Origin: Verrucomicrobiota bacterium
Lineage (GTDB): Bacteria; Verrucomicrobiota; Verrucomicrobiia; Limisphaerales; CANJXF01
Direction: 5' to 3'
Length of the DNA stretch: 25,966 bases
Assembly (NCBI GenBank): GCA_038214755.1
Contig: JBBQRQ010000075.1
Span: 1 to 25,966 of the forward strand
Below, one piece after another: positions 17,571 to 25,830 of the stretch. A model generated the notes under the pieces. That model was not told the DNA's origin and searched no databases. It saw only the letters and a program-made list of their open reading frames with translations. Position 1 is the first letter of the stretch, and every line of letters starts with the position of its first letter. Both the position numbers and the translations under genes were made by a program.

Positions 17571-18587
17571 ATGATCATTGTTCTCAAGCCCAATATTTCG
17601 AAAAAAGACGAAGCCGCCGTGCTCAGGGAAATCAAAAAGCTCGGCTACAAACCGCACGTCATGCGCGGCGTCGAGCGGACGGTCATCGGCGCGATTGGCG
17701 ACGAACGGAAGAACCACACGCTCGAAACTCTCACCGCTGTTTTTCCGCAGGTCGAGAAAGTCATGCCGGTGCAGAAACGTTACAAGCTCACCAGCCGCGA
17801 AGCGCACAAGGGAAATTCCACCATCACTGTTCGTGGTAATTTAATCGGTGGAAAAAAAATTCAAATCATGGCCGGGCCGTGCTCGGTCGAAGATGAAAAA
17901 CAATTGCTGACCACCGCCCATTCCGTGAAAAAAGCCGGCGCAACCATTCTTCGCGGCGGCGCATTCAAGCCGCGCACATCGCCCTATGAATTTCAAGGTC
18001 TCGGCGAAAAAGGTTTGAAGCTGCTCGCCAAAGCGCGCAAGGAAACCGGCCTTGCCATCATCACCGAGTTGCTTTCCGAACAGCACGCCGAAATGGTCGC
18101 CGAATACGCCGACATTTTGCAAATCGGCACGCGCAATTGTCAGAATTTTCAACTGCTCATCGCCGCGGCAAAAACCGGCAAGCCCGTTTTACTCAAACGC
18201 GGTCTCTCCATGAAAATCGAGGAGTGGCTGCTCGCGGGTGAATATGTTTTGGCGAACGACAATGCGAACCTGATGTTTTGTGAACGCGGCATCCGCACGT
18301 TCGAAACTTACACGCGCAACACGCTCGATCTGTCCACCATTCCGATCATCAAAAAAGAATCGCATTGCCCCATCGTGATTGATCCCAGCCAGGGCGCGGG
18401 ACGTTCCGATCTCGTTCTCGCGATGTGCAAAGGCGCGGTCGCGATGGGCGCTGACGCGTTGCTCATCGAAGTGCATCCGAATCCCGCCGAAGCCTGGAGC
18501 GATGGCGCGCAACAACTGACCCTCGAAGGCTTCGCGAAATTGATGGAAGAATTGAAACCGTTTATTGCGGCAGCGGGGCGGGAATAA
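17571..18587 (+). CDS. aroF: 3-deoxy-7-phosphoheptulonate (DAHP) synthase, type I-beta with N-terminal regulatory domain
   Basis: MIIVLK...RTVIGAIGD N-domain; AGPCSVE, LRGGAFKPRTSPY.FQGLG, QIGTRN.QNF, LCERGIRTF-like motif (FCERGIRTF), DPS, IEVHPNP, SDG.QQL. Confidence 0.96.
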   Translation: MIIVLKPNISKKDEAAVLREIKKLGYKPHVMRGVERTVIGAIGDERKNHTLETLTAVFPQVEKVMPVQKRYKLTSREAHKGNSTITVRGNLIGGKKIQIMAGPCSVEDEKQLLTTAHSVKKAGATILRGGAFKPRTSPYEFQGLGEKGLKLLAKARKETGLAIITELLSEQHAEMVAEYADILQIGTRNCQNFQLLIAAAKTGKPVLLKRGLSMKIEEWLLAGEYVLANDNANLMFCERGIRTFETYTRNTLDLSTIPIIKKESHCPIVIDPSQGAGRSDLVLAMCKGAVAMGADALLIEVHPNPAEAWSDGAQQLTLEGFAKLMEELKPFIAAAGRE

Positions 18588-18628
18588 TTCAAACTGGCAA
18601 TTTGACCGCTCCTGCTTAAATTCCCAAT

Positions 18629-18826
18629 GTGAGTTCAGCGACGGCCAAATTGATTACAGAATTTGAGGCTCTTGCAACGGAGGAAAAGCAAGTTTTCGTG
18701 AAAGAGATTTTTCTTCGTCTGCCGCCTTTTGATTCTGGTGTTTTGAACGACGACGAAGTTGCGCGCGCCGGAGACGACCTTTCCGCCATGCTCGCCGAGG
18801 AGGAAAATGCTTCCCAACCGCGGTGA
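18629..18826 (+). CDS. Small acidic protein, putative antitoxin
   Basis: 65 aa with an acidic C-terminus; its 3' end overlaps the start of a PemK/MazF-like toxin (SD GAGGAGG before ATG 18807). Confidence 0.65.
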   Translation: MSSATAKLITEFEALATEEKQVFVKEIFLRLPPFDSGVLNDDEVARAGDDLSAMLAEEENASQPR

Positions 18827-19125
18827 GGTTTGGCTTTTCGATTGCGGCATGGTCGAAAAAGTTCGCCCGGTTTTGATTTTCAGTATTCCTTTTGCGGACA
18901 GTGATCGCGCTATTGTCACTGTAGTTTTTCATAGCACCGCGTTGCGTTGTTTCACAATTTGAAATTCCCGTTCCGGTTCCATTTTTAAAAGACGGCGCAT
19001 TTATCGCCCAAAGCATCGCCACTTATCCAACTGTTCGCGCGATTCGCAAACTTGGCACGCTCAACCAGGCTCAATTTCGGCTCGTCGAAACTGCCGTGTT
19101 TAAATGGCTGGGAGAAAATTCGTGA
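18807..19125 (+). pseudogene. PemK/MazF-like toxin with a +1 frameshift
   Basis: MLPNRGEVWLFDCGMVEKVRPVLIFS...HSTALR, then in the next frame from about 18952 SQFEIPVPVPFLKDGAFIAQSIATYPTVRAIRKLGTLNQAQFRLVETAVFKWLGENS*. Length 319 nt = 3n+1. Confidence 0.8.
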
Positions 19126-19132
19126 CATGCCA

Positions 19133-19236
19133 CGCCGAAGCCTGGAAGCGATGGCGCGCAACAACTGACTCTCGAAGGCTTCGCGAAATTGAGGGAAGAA
19201 TTGAAACCGTTTATCGCAGCGGGGGGGCGCGAGTAA
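19133..19236 (+). repeat. Direct-repeat copy 2 of the aroF 3' end (matches 18485-18587)
   Basis: About 104-bp near-identical copy ending in the same TAA; differences are mostly synonymous plus one inserted A. Confidence 0.95.
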
Positions 19237-19251
19237 ATCGATCCGATGATC

Positions 19252-19695
19252 TTACGAGTCTTTTGGACGGTGCCGAATAATCTTTGTGGAGCCGTCCGGA
19301 TTGAAAATTTCAGCAATAACTGGAGCGCGATTCCCTCGCAACACATCGCAGATGCGCTCGTGAAGTTCGGCAAACGTGATTCGAGAATACTCTTCGCCCG
19401 TTAGTGTCAGTAGAGGACTTTGATATTCCTGGCCACTTCGCTCTGTTCCTTTGCTCGTAAACTCCGTCACAAAAACCACCGCGCGCAGGTGGGGTGCGTC
19501 ACCCTCGGAATCAACTTCTACCGGACGAGGAAGAAAAGAACCGTAAGGATCGCCTTCTTCATAACCTGCGCCCGGCGAGGGCGAACCAATATGCGGAGGC
19601 ACTCCCTGGGCTGTCACCTCGATCCACTCACTGCCAGAAAAATCATCGCCGTCTTTGGGAAATTTGAGGTTCCACAACGTCGCGTAAATACTCAT
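19252..19695 (-). CDS. Hypothetical protein (147 aa)
   Basis: Clean ATG-TAA ORF filling the space between aroF repeat copy 2 and the pilin-like gene; globular composition; no family recognised. Confidence 0.75.
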   Translation of the reverse strand: MSIYATLWNLKFPKDGDDFSGSEWIEVTAQGVPPHIGSPSPGAGYEEGDPYGSFLPRPVEVDSEGDAPHLRAVVFVTEFTSKGTERSGQEYQSPLLTLTGEEYSRITFAELHERICDVLRGNRAPVIAEIFNPDGSTKIIRHRPKDS

Positions 19696-19747
19696 AGCCG
19701 AAAATTCTAAGACCCAGAAAGTCGCAGTCCAGCCAGCAGTCGAATAG

Positions 19748-20398
19748 TTACCAAACTAAATTCGTCACCATATTGCCCTGATAAAATTTAACATGGTTGT
19801 CCGCGAAAAGGATGTTGCCCGCCGGTTTAGCGCGATGCCAACCCTTCGTATCTCCCGGATACGAAAAAATGCCACACGCAAACACGACGGTTTGTGAAAC
19901 GTTCGTCAGAGTGCTGGACGGTTTTCCGTCCAATCCGGCTTCGGGAGGAAACGGCGGCATTCCGCCAAAATTAAAAATGTAGGAGTTACCGACCCACTCG
20001 AACAGGTTGTAAGTGGTGTTGTCCACGGTGCGCCCCTGGTCCATCGGGCAAGTGACCACTGGTTCGGTCACACCGTAATGGTTCAGGGGCCGGTCGAAGC
20101 GGTTGAAGAGGTTGTTTTGCGCCGCGCCGATTTTATTATTATTCGTCCGCCCGGCCCACACGAACCACTCCATTCCATCGACGGAGACATCGGCCCCCCG
20201 CCAGAAAAATCGTTCGTTGTAATCCTGCAAATAAAGACTCATCGCGACGCCGCATTGGCGAAGATTCGACAGGCATTTAGTATCCAACGCTTTGACTTTT
20301 GCCTTGCTAAGTGCGGGAAGGAGCAACGCGGCAAGAATCGCGATGATCGCAATCACCACCAGCAATTCAATGAGCGTAAAAGCCTTTCTGCTTTTCAT
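19748..20398 (-). CDS. Prepilin-type N-terminal cleavage/methylation protein with H-X9-DG-like C-terminus
   Basis: [46 protein letters not shown]...[10 protein letters not shown]. Confidence 0.92.
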   Translation of the reverse strand: MKSRKAFTLIELLVVIAIIAILAALLLPALSKAKVKALDTKCLSNLRQCGVAMSLYLQDYNERFFWRGADVSVDGMEWFVWAGRTNNNKIGAAQNNLFNRFDRPLNHYGVTEPVVTCPMDQGRTVDNTTYNLFEWVGNSYIFNFGGMPPFPPEAGLDGKPSSTLTNVSQTVVFACGIFSYPGDTKGWHRAKPAGNILFADNHVKFYQGNMVTNLVW

Positions 20399-20471
20399 AT
20401 TTCGACAATCCAAAGCTTCATTTCCCATCCCGGGACGTATCGCGGAGGAACGCGAAAGATTAGCGTCCTCA

Positions 20472-20521
20472 GCGCAACAAGTCACGGGAGAAGGATTCGC
20501 AAAATGGATGGAAGAATGGAA
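20472..20521 (+). repeat. Degenerate copy 3 of the aroF 3' end
   Basis: GCGCAACAAGTCACGGGAGAAGGATTCGCAAAATGGATGGAAGAATGGAA encodes [16 protein letters not shown] versus aroF AQQLTLEGFAKLMEEL. Confidence 0.8.
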
Positions 20522-20528
20522 TTTGAAG

Positions 20529-20694
20529 TCCGAAATCTGAATTGCCGAAGCCCGAAAGAAGCTCGAAATCCGAAGGCCGAAACTAATAGATAACCGATGT
20601 AGAAATGATACGTGGTCGAACCGGACGGGCAGGCATTCGGACTTCGGGTCTTCGGATTTCTTTCGGACTTCGGATTTCGAGCTTCGGATTTCGA
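20529..20694. repeat. Inverted pair of heptamer-type tandem arrays (CCGAAAT/CCGAAG ... TTCGGAT/TTCGGAC)
   Basis: Left array 20529-20582 (TCCGAAATC...CCCGAAAGAAGCTCGAAATCCGAAGGCCGAAA); right array 20636-20694 (TTCGGACTTCGGGTCTTCGGATTTCTTTCGGACTTCGGATTTCG...). Confidence 0.85.
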
Positions 20695-20702
20695 TCTCAC
20701 GT

Positions 20703-21827
20703 TCAACCGTAAATCGGCAGCGCATCCAGCGTAAAGTTCGGGAAAATCTGGTTGAGCCGGTTGTCCGCGCCGTGACGCTGCAGGATTGGCGCGAGCACGT
20801 TGCGATAGTTTGTCATCACGGGCAAATCTCCCGGTCCTTCGAGAACGTCTCGGCTTAAGCCAGGCCATTTTCCCAACACGCGACCACCTTTGATCCCGCC
20901 GCCCATGACAAACATCACACTGCCCCGACCGTGATCGGTGCCGAACGCCGAGTTCTCCTCCACGCGCCGCCCGAACTCGGTCATCACCACCACCGTCGTG
21001 TGTTTCATTTCCGCGCCGAGGTCCTGATAGAATGTCGCCAGGCCTTTGGCCAGCCGCGTCATCAGCGGGTCCATGATTGTGGACTGGCCGAAGTGGGAAT
21101 CCCATCCGCCCAAATCCACCGAGGCCGCCTGCAAGCCCACGCGGGCCTTGATGAGCCGCGCGATTTCCCGCAGGCCGCGCGAAAATTCGTCGCGACCGTA
21201 ATCCGCGCCATGCGCCGGCTGATACGCTGTGTTGCGAAGTTGCCGGACACGCCCAAGTGCCGCGAGCGTGTCGCGACCCGCGCCCGCCAGGATGCCGGTT
21301 TGCAGGCCATACAATTTCGCCAGCGCTTGCGTGAGGCGGGACCGATCGTCGCCCAAGGAAAAATCGTCGAGTGACTGCAAGACGGTCGCGGCAGGAGCTC
21401 CGCGCAAACATTCGGGAATGGCTTTGCCCAACGCGACCGCCGCAAGCGGACCGCTCGTCACACCGGCCTGCGCGCGGAGAAAGCGACCGAGCCAGCCACC
21501 ACCCGTGATGCCGCCGTGTTCCATCAAATCCTGCGCCTCGAAATGGGAACGCGTGTCATCCTCCGACCCGGCCGCGTGGATGACTCCGAGCGCGCCATCC
21601 TTGTAGGCAATTTCCAATGGCTTCAACAATGGATTCAATCCGTAGAAACCGTCGAGCGGAACGGCCTCTTTTTTGGCGATGGCAATGCGTGGACGCGCGC
21701 GATAGTAGCCGTCGTCCCCCAGCGGCGCGACGATGTTCAATCCATCCGCGCCGCCGCGCAGAAACACCACGACCAACGTGCGGCGCTCATCGCCGTTGCC
21801 GCTCAAAAAAGTTTGGACTTCTGACAT
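20703..21827 (-). CDS. DUF1501 family protein (DUF1800-associated type)
   Basis: [48 protein letters not shown]...GTDHG.G. Confidence 0.92.
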   Translation of the reverse strand: MSEVQTFLSGNGDERRTLVVVFLRGGADGLNIVAPLGDDGYYRARPRIAIAKKEAVPLDGFYGLNPLLKPLEIAYKDGALGVIHAAGSEDDTRSHFEAQDLMEHGGITGGGWLGRFLRAQAGVTSGPLAAVALGKAIPECLRGAPAATVLQSLDDFSLGDDRSRLTQALAKLYGLQTGILAGAGRDTLAALGRVRQLRNTAYQPAHGADYGRDEFSRGLREIARLIKARVGLQAASVDLGGWDSHFGQSTIMDPLMTRLAKGLATFYQDLGAEMKHTTVVVMTEFGRRVEENSAFGTDHGRGSVMFVMGGGIKGGRVLGKWPGLSRDVLEGPGDLPVMTNYRNVLAPILQRHGADNRLNQIFPNFTLDALPIYG

Positions 21828-21828
21828 A

Positions 21829-23346
21829 TCAACACCTTTGAAAAGCGGGTGACGCCAGCATCAATGCCAGTCCCGCGCCGGAATCATGATAGGCCTGCGA
21901 TTCGTCCGCTGAAGGTTTGCGGCCCAGGAGATGCGCCATCAAACCGGCGTCGCCGCCGGAGTTTTTTCGCAGCGCCTCGACATCCGTTTTCGTGCCCTTG
22001 ATTTTGTTTTCACTCAAGGCCAGCGCGAAATTCCATCGCCAGAGCAGCGTCCCCATCCACGGCGCTTCTTCCTCCGGATAACCATCGGGCGTGGGATAGT
22101 TGAACGGCGCGTGCCCCATGCGTCGCAGGTAATCAACGATCTCCATCCCCGCGTCGGTGCTGGCGCCGGTGGCGCGCAAGGCGGAGACGATGTAATTGAA
22201 TGGCCGCTTGAATTTGTTCCCGCGCTGCTGGCGAAATTCCTCCGTGACGAACAGCGCGCGCAACGTCGCGCGAATGTCGCCCCCGCTTTGGGTGAAAGCG
22301 GCCGCGACCGTTTGCACCGCGCTCGCCGGCGGTTCGTCGGCGATGAAGCGGCGGCAAAGTTTCGTGCTGAGATGCCGCGCAGTGGATGGATGGTTCGTGA
22401 CGATTTGCAGGATGCGATCCAATTCTTTTTTGCCCAGCCGCGCACGATCTTCTTTGCTCAAGTGGGATTGAATCGCGGAAATTTTTTGCCCGAGAACTTC
22501 TTTGTCGCCGCAATCGTGGTGATCGAGTTGGAATTCGACTTTGCCGATCTCAAAGTACGGCTTCTGATCCTTGGAACGAACCGTCCAACCCGAGAGGCAG
22601 CGAGCCACTTCCATGACATCCTTTTGCGTGTAGCCGCCATGCACGCTCAGAGTGTGGAGTTCCAACAATTCGCGCGCGTAATTTTCGTTTGGCTTTTCCG
22701 CCATGTTCTCCCGACGATTGACGCGCCCGTCGAGATACCAAAGCATCGCCGGACTCAGAGCGGAAGCGCGGAGCATTTCGGGAAATTTACCGAGGGCGTG
22801 TTTGCGAATCACCTCGCGGTCGTCCGCCACCTTCAGCCATTTGCAGTCGCCTTTGGACGGATCAATGTTGAAGTGGTCCGACCAGAACTGGACCATCACT
22901 TCGTATAACTGCCGCTCGGAAAACACCGCGCGAGCCAGCGCGCCCCGCATCAGTTCGTTGTGCAGCAACTCGTCCTGGTACTCGAACAATTCACCCAACG
23001 GTTCATTGAGCGTTTCAAACCGGCGCACGGCGTATTCGCCCTCTGCATCGTCAATGCGTTCCGGGTTCAACTGTTGTTCGATATACGTAACGGCAGCCAA
23101 CTCGGGTGTCGCGCCCAGTTTTTTCAAGCGGGCGTAATCGCCGGGACGCGGGCCGAAAGCTACACGATTTAACGCGTGAGTTAATGCGTCAATCGTCGTG
23201 GCTCCAGGCGGCTGAAACGGGCCGCCACCCTTCGCTTGACCTTGGAGAAAGCGCAATTCGCGCGGTAACTGGTCGCAGCCCGCCACGGCCAGCAACGCAG
23301 CGCTGCTGCCGCCAGCTTTCAAAAATGTGCGGCGGGAATGCTTCAT
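21829..23346 (-). CDS. DUF1800 family protein, Tat lipoprotein-like
   Basis: SRRTFLK Tat motif then LAVAGC; HALNRVAFGP, FWSDHFN, SPAMLWYLD, PNENYARELLELHTL..GGYTQ.DV, ASPAFQRC. Confidence 0.93.
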   Translation of the reverse strand: MKHSRRTFLKAGGSSAALLAVAGCDQLPRELRFLQGQAKGGGPFQPPGATTIDALTHALNRVAFGPRPGDYARLKKLGATPELAAVTYIEQQLNPERIDDAEGEYAVRRFETLNEPLGELFEYQDELLHNELMRGALARAVFSERQLYEVMVQFWSDHFNIDPSKGDCKWLKVADDREVIRKHALGKFPEMLRASALSPAMLWYLDGRVNRRENMAEKPNENYARELLELHTLSVHGGYTQKDVMEVARCLSGWTVRSKDQKPYFEIGKVEFQLDHHDCGDKEVLGQKISAIQSHLSKEDRARLGKKELDRILQIVTNHPSTARHLSTKLCRRFIADEPPASAVQTVAAAFTQSGGDIRATLRALFVTEEFRQQRGNKFKRPFNYIVSALRATGASTDAGMEIVDYLRRMGHAPFNYPTPDGYPEEEAPWMGTLLWRWNFALALSENKIKGTKTDVEALRKNSGGDAGLMAHLLGRKPSADESQAYHDSGAGLALMLASPAFQRC

Positions 23347-23879
23347 CAGGTTGATCCTTGCGCGGGAGTCAACGTGAGGTCCGGCGGCGGTGCAGTCGCT
23401 GAGGCTTTGGGCGCTTTCACACTGAGGAGAAATGCGCCCAGCCCGCTGACCAACGCCCAGATCGGCAGAACAAACCAGCCCACAAACGGCAGCAGAAAAG
23501 TCAGCGCGAGCAGGATGCCTCCACGCAACACCCGACGCCACGGCTGTTGTTCATCCATTGGAGCAGGAAGCCCCGCGCCAATCTTCGAGACCAATCCCGC
23601 TGAACCGACGAGTCCCAGCATTGCAGGAATCACCATCAGTGTGACGCCAGCAAGCTTCAGCGCCGGATTGGGTAGTTTGGAAATGGCCACGCCGCCAATG
23701 ACGGGCAGAGCCGCCACCGCCAGGCCGATCAGCGTGATCTTCACTGGCTTGCCGTAATGCTGTCGCGCTCGTTCCACCACGCTCGGAAACAAGGCCTGAG
23801 CCACCAGCCAGTAGCTGACGTAAACCGTCAGCACCCCGACGACAATCAGGAAAATTTTTAAAATATCAGCCATGATCAT
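23346..23879 (-). CDS. Hypothetical integral membrane protein
   Basis: About 4-5 hydrophobic segments; TGA overlaps the DUF1800 ATG (TGATG), consistent with an operon. Confidence 0.8.
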   Translation of the reverse strand: MIMADILKIFLIVVGVLTVYVSYWLVAQALFPSVVERARQHYGKPVKITLIGLAVAALPVIGGVAISKLPNPALKLAGVTLMVIPAMLGLVGSAGLVSKIGAGLPAPMDEQQPWRRVLRGGILLALTFLLPFVGWFVLPIWALVSGLGAFLLSVKAPKASATAPPPDLTLTPAQGST

Positions 23880-24050
23880 AAGTTAATCCTCAGACTGGTC
23901 TCGTTGAATCCGGTTCAGCGCAAGACGGCGTTCAGTTGCCAGTTTTTATTTTGGGTTTGATGGTTGTGAGTTAAACCGATTTACATCATTCAAGCAAACC
24001 AGGATTGTTGGTCTGCAACGTTCAGGCTTGGCCGATTCAGTTAGAAGGTT

Positions 24051-24250
24051 GCTCGCCCTCACCCTAACCCTCTCCCCCGAGGAGAGGGAACGGCTATCCA
24101 CGCTAGTCAAATATTTCGGTGTTCCTTGTTTCATTGCCGCATGGTCGTTTGACGGGGTAGGCGCACAAATCATCCCGCGCATTCGTATCTTCAAGACGCT
24201 GGAAAGGATTCTCCCTCTCCTTTGGGGAGAGGGCCGGGGTGAGGGAGAGC
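24051..24250. repeat. CCCTCACCC/CCCTCTCCC-type palindromic inverted doublet
   Basis: GCTCGCCCTCACCCTAACCCTCTCCCCCGAGGAGAGGGAA ... CTCCCTCTCCTTTGGGGAGAGGGCCGGGGTGAGGGAGAGC. Confidence 0.85.
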
Positions 24251-24368
24251 GTTTCATTTCACAAAATAGTTTTAGCCGCGTTGTACTTCAAGAACACATG
24301 ACGACTGGGTTTTGTTTCATCTTTCTGATTGGCATTGTCACCGCATTTCATGCTGCTAATTTCGTCGC

Positions 24369-25235
24369 ATGAAAACCCGCTCCCTGTTCTCCATCGCGTT
24401 GTCCTTCCTTGCGTTGACTTCTATTGCGCAACAACGCGATTTTTCCAAAGTTGAAATCAAAGTCATTCCCGTCGCGAAGAATATTTACATGCTCGAAGGC
24501 TCGGGCGGGAATATCGGCGTGTCTGTCGGAACGGATGGCATCCTGATCGTGGACGATCAATTTGCGCCGCTGGCGGAAAAGATTGAGGCCGCGTTGCACA
24601 AGCTCGATCCCGGCAAACTTAAATTCGTGCTCAACACCCATCATCACGGCGATCACACCGGCGGCAACGCGAACTTTGGCGCGAAGGACGCGACGATCAT
24701 CGCACAAAGCAACGTGCGCAAACGTCTCGCCGCGGATTCAAACTCAAAGAAGGAAGCGCTGCCGGTCATCACGTTTGACCAGTCCGCGTCGGTTCACTTC
24801 AACGGCGAGGAGATCAAGCTCCTGCATCACGGCCCGGGCCACACCGACGGCGACAGCATCATTCATTTCACCGGCGCAAATGTCGTTCACATGGGCGACC
24901 AATTTTTCAACGGCGGTTTCCCGTTCATTGATCTCAGCAGCGGCGGCAGTGTGGAGGGCTACATCAAGACCGTCGCCACTGTGCTGGAAAAAATTCCGGC
25001 CGACGCAAAAGTGATCCCCGGCCACGGCAAACTTGGAACGGTGGAAGACTTGAAAGCATTTCATACCATGCTCGTGGAAACCACCGGCCTGATGAAGAAA
25101 GCCATCACCGACGGCAAATCTCTCGCCGAACTCAAAGCCGCCGGTCTGCCGGACAAGTGGCAAAGTTTCGGCGCCGGTTTTATCAAGACCGACCGCTGGA
25201 TCGAAACCATCTACAACAGCGCGACGAAGAAGTAG
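24369..25235 (+). CDS. Secreted metallo-beta-lactamase-fold hydrolase (cyclase-like)
   Basis: Signal peptide; GGNIGVSVG.DG, NTHHHGDHTGGN (HxHxDH), GHTDGD, HMGD, IPGHG. Confidence 0.93.
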   Translation: MKTRSLFSIALSFLALTSIAQQRDFSKVEIKVIPVAKNIYMLEGSGGNIGVSVGTDGILIVDDQFAPLAEKIEAALHKLDPGKLKFVLNTHHHGDHTGGNANFGAKDATIIAQSNVRKRLAADSNSKKEALPVITFDQSASVHFNGEEIKLLHHGPGHTDGDSIIHFTGANVVHMGDQFFNGGFPFIDLSSGGSVEGYIKTVATVLEKIPADAKVIPGHGKLGTVEDLKAFHTMLVETTGLMKKAITDGKSLAELKAAGLPDKWQSFGAGFIKTDRWIETIYNSATKK

Positions 25236-25262
25236 CAACTGCGCGACGCCAGTTCCACCCGG

Positions 25263-25502
25263 TTAAGGAATCCGACTGTGCGAGCCATCGCAGAACGGCA
25301 TGGTCTTCGATTGTTTGCAGGCGCACCAAGCGACGGTTTTCTTCTCCGTGATTTCCGTCTTCAACGGCCCGAGGCCAGTTCCTTTATGCCAGCCGTCGCA
25401 AAACGGCTGGCTCTTGGATCGCCCGCAAGCGCACCACCAACAAGTCCCCGGCTCGACGGGTTGTACGATGGGCGCTTTTTGAAAAACAACCGGGTCTGAC
25501 AT
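25263..25502 (-). CDS. Tandem CDGSH iron-sulfur domain protein
   Basis: WCACGRSKSQPFCDGWH and WCACKQSKTMPFCDGSH; ATG start MSDPVVFQKAP. Confidence 0.92.
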   Translation of the reverse strand: MSDPVVFQKAPIVQPVEPGTCWWCACGRSKSQPFCDGWHKGTGLGPLKTEITEKKTVAWCACKQSKTMPFCDGSHSRIP

Positions 25503-25561
25503 AGCCAGGTGATAGTCCGAATTCTCTTGGCGTAAGTTCTTTTGCAACGTAAAACCGCGTC

Positions 25562-25830
25562 ATGTCGGATGTCCCGCCGTTGATAAAGTCGAAAACCAAG
25601 AATGCAGGTTGGCGCAAGGTAGTTTTCAAAAGGATTATTCCTTCTGTATATTGGCGTTTATTGTCTTCAGTGTTTTTTCTGCATTTCAAGGAGCGCGGTC
25701 TCTCGCTGATCGATTGAATTGTAACAACAATCTGAAAAACCTTGCTCTGGCGATCAAAGTTTATGCAGGCGATAATTACGACAGATTTCCGACTGCACAA
25801 TGGTGCGACATTGTTCTCACGAACAAACTA
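25562..25830 (+). pseudogene. Frameshifted, IS-truncated pilin-like membrane protein fragment
   Basis: MSDVPPLIK...KRII in one frame, then a TM segment and ARSLADRLNCNNNLKNLALAIKVYAGD..DRFP...WCD in another; ends at the CTAG of the IS end. Confidence 0.55.

Noticed and set aside
20399..20725. 109-aa N-terminal extension of the prepilin ORF (325 aa)
   Set aside because: It is a translation of the heptamer arrays and aroF copy 3 antisense; the prepilin motif needs a start at MKSRKAF (20398)
23347..23541. N-terminal extension of the DUF1800 ORF (570 aa)
   Set aside because: It overlaps the upstream membrane protein gene; the Tat motif defines the start at 23346
23883..23945. Possible remnant 3' end of a lost upstream gene (KLATERRLALNRIQRDQSED*) on the minus strand
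   Set aside because: Only about 20 codons, with an in-frame stop upstream and no recognisable similarity
1545..24250. CRISPR array or integron attC array as explanation for the repeats
   Set aside because: No direct repeats with regular unique spacers, no cas or integrase gene, and the palindromes differ in sequence and lack attC R-box ends
24369..25235. Antibiotic-resistance metallo-beta-lactamase
   Set aside because: HxHxDH/GHTDGD/HMGD pattern fits the broad cyclase-like MBL-fold hydrolases; no class B1 cysteine ligand and no resistance context
274..25800. Numerous overlapping alternative-frame and antisense ORFs in the track (e.g. 7986-8702, 10041-10754, 14444-15118, 20482-21411, 21931-22908)
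   Set aside because: They are shadows of well-supported genes on the opposite strand or in another frame and have no recognisable motifs
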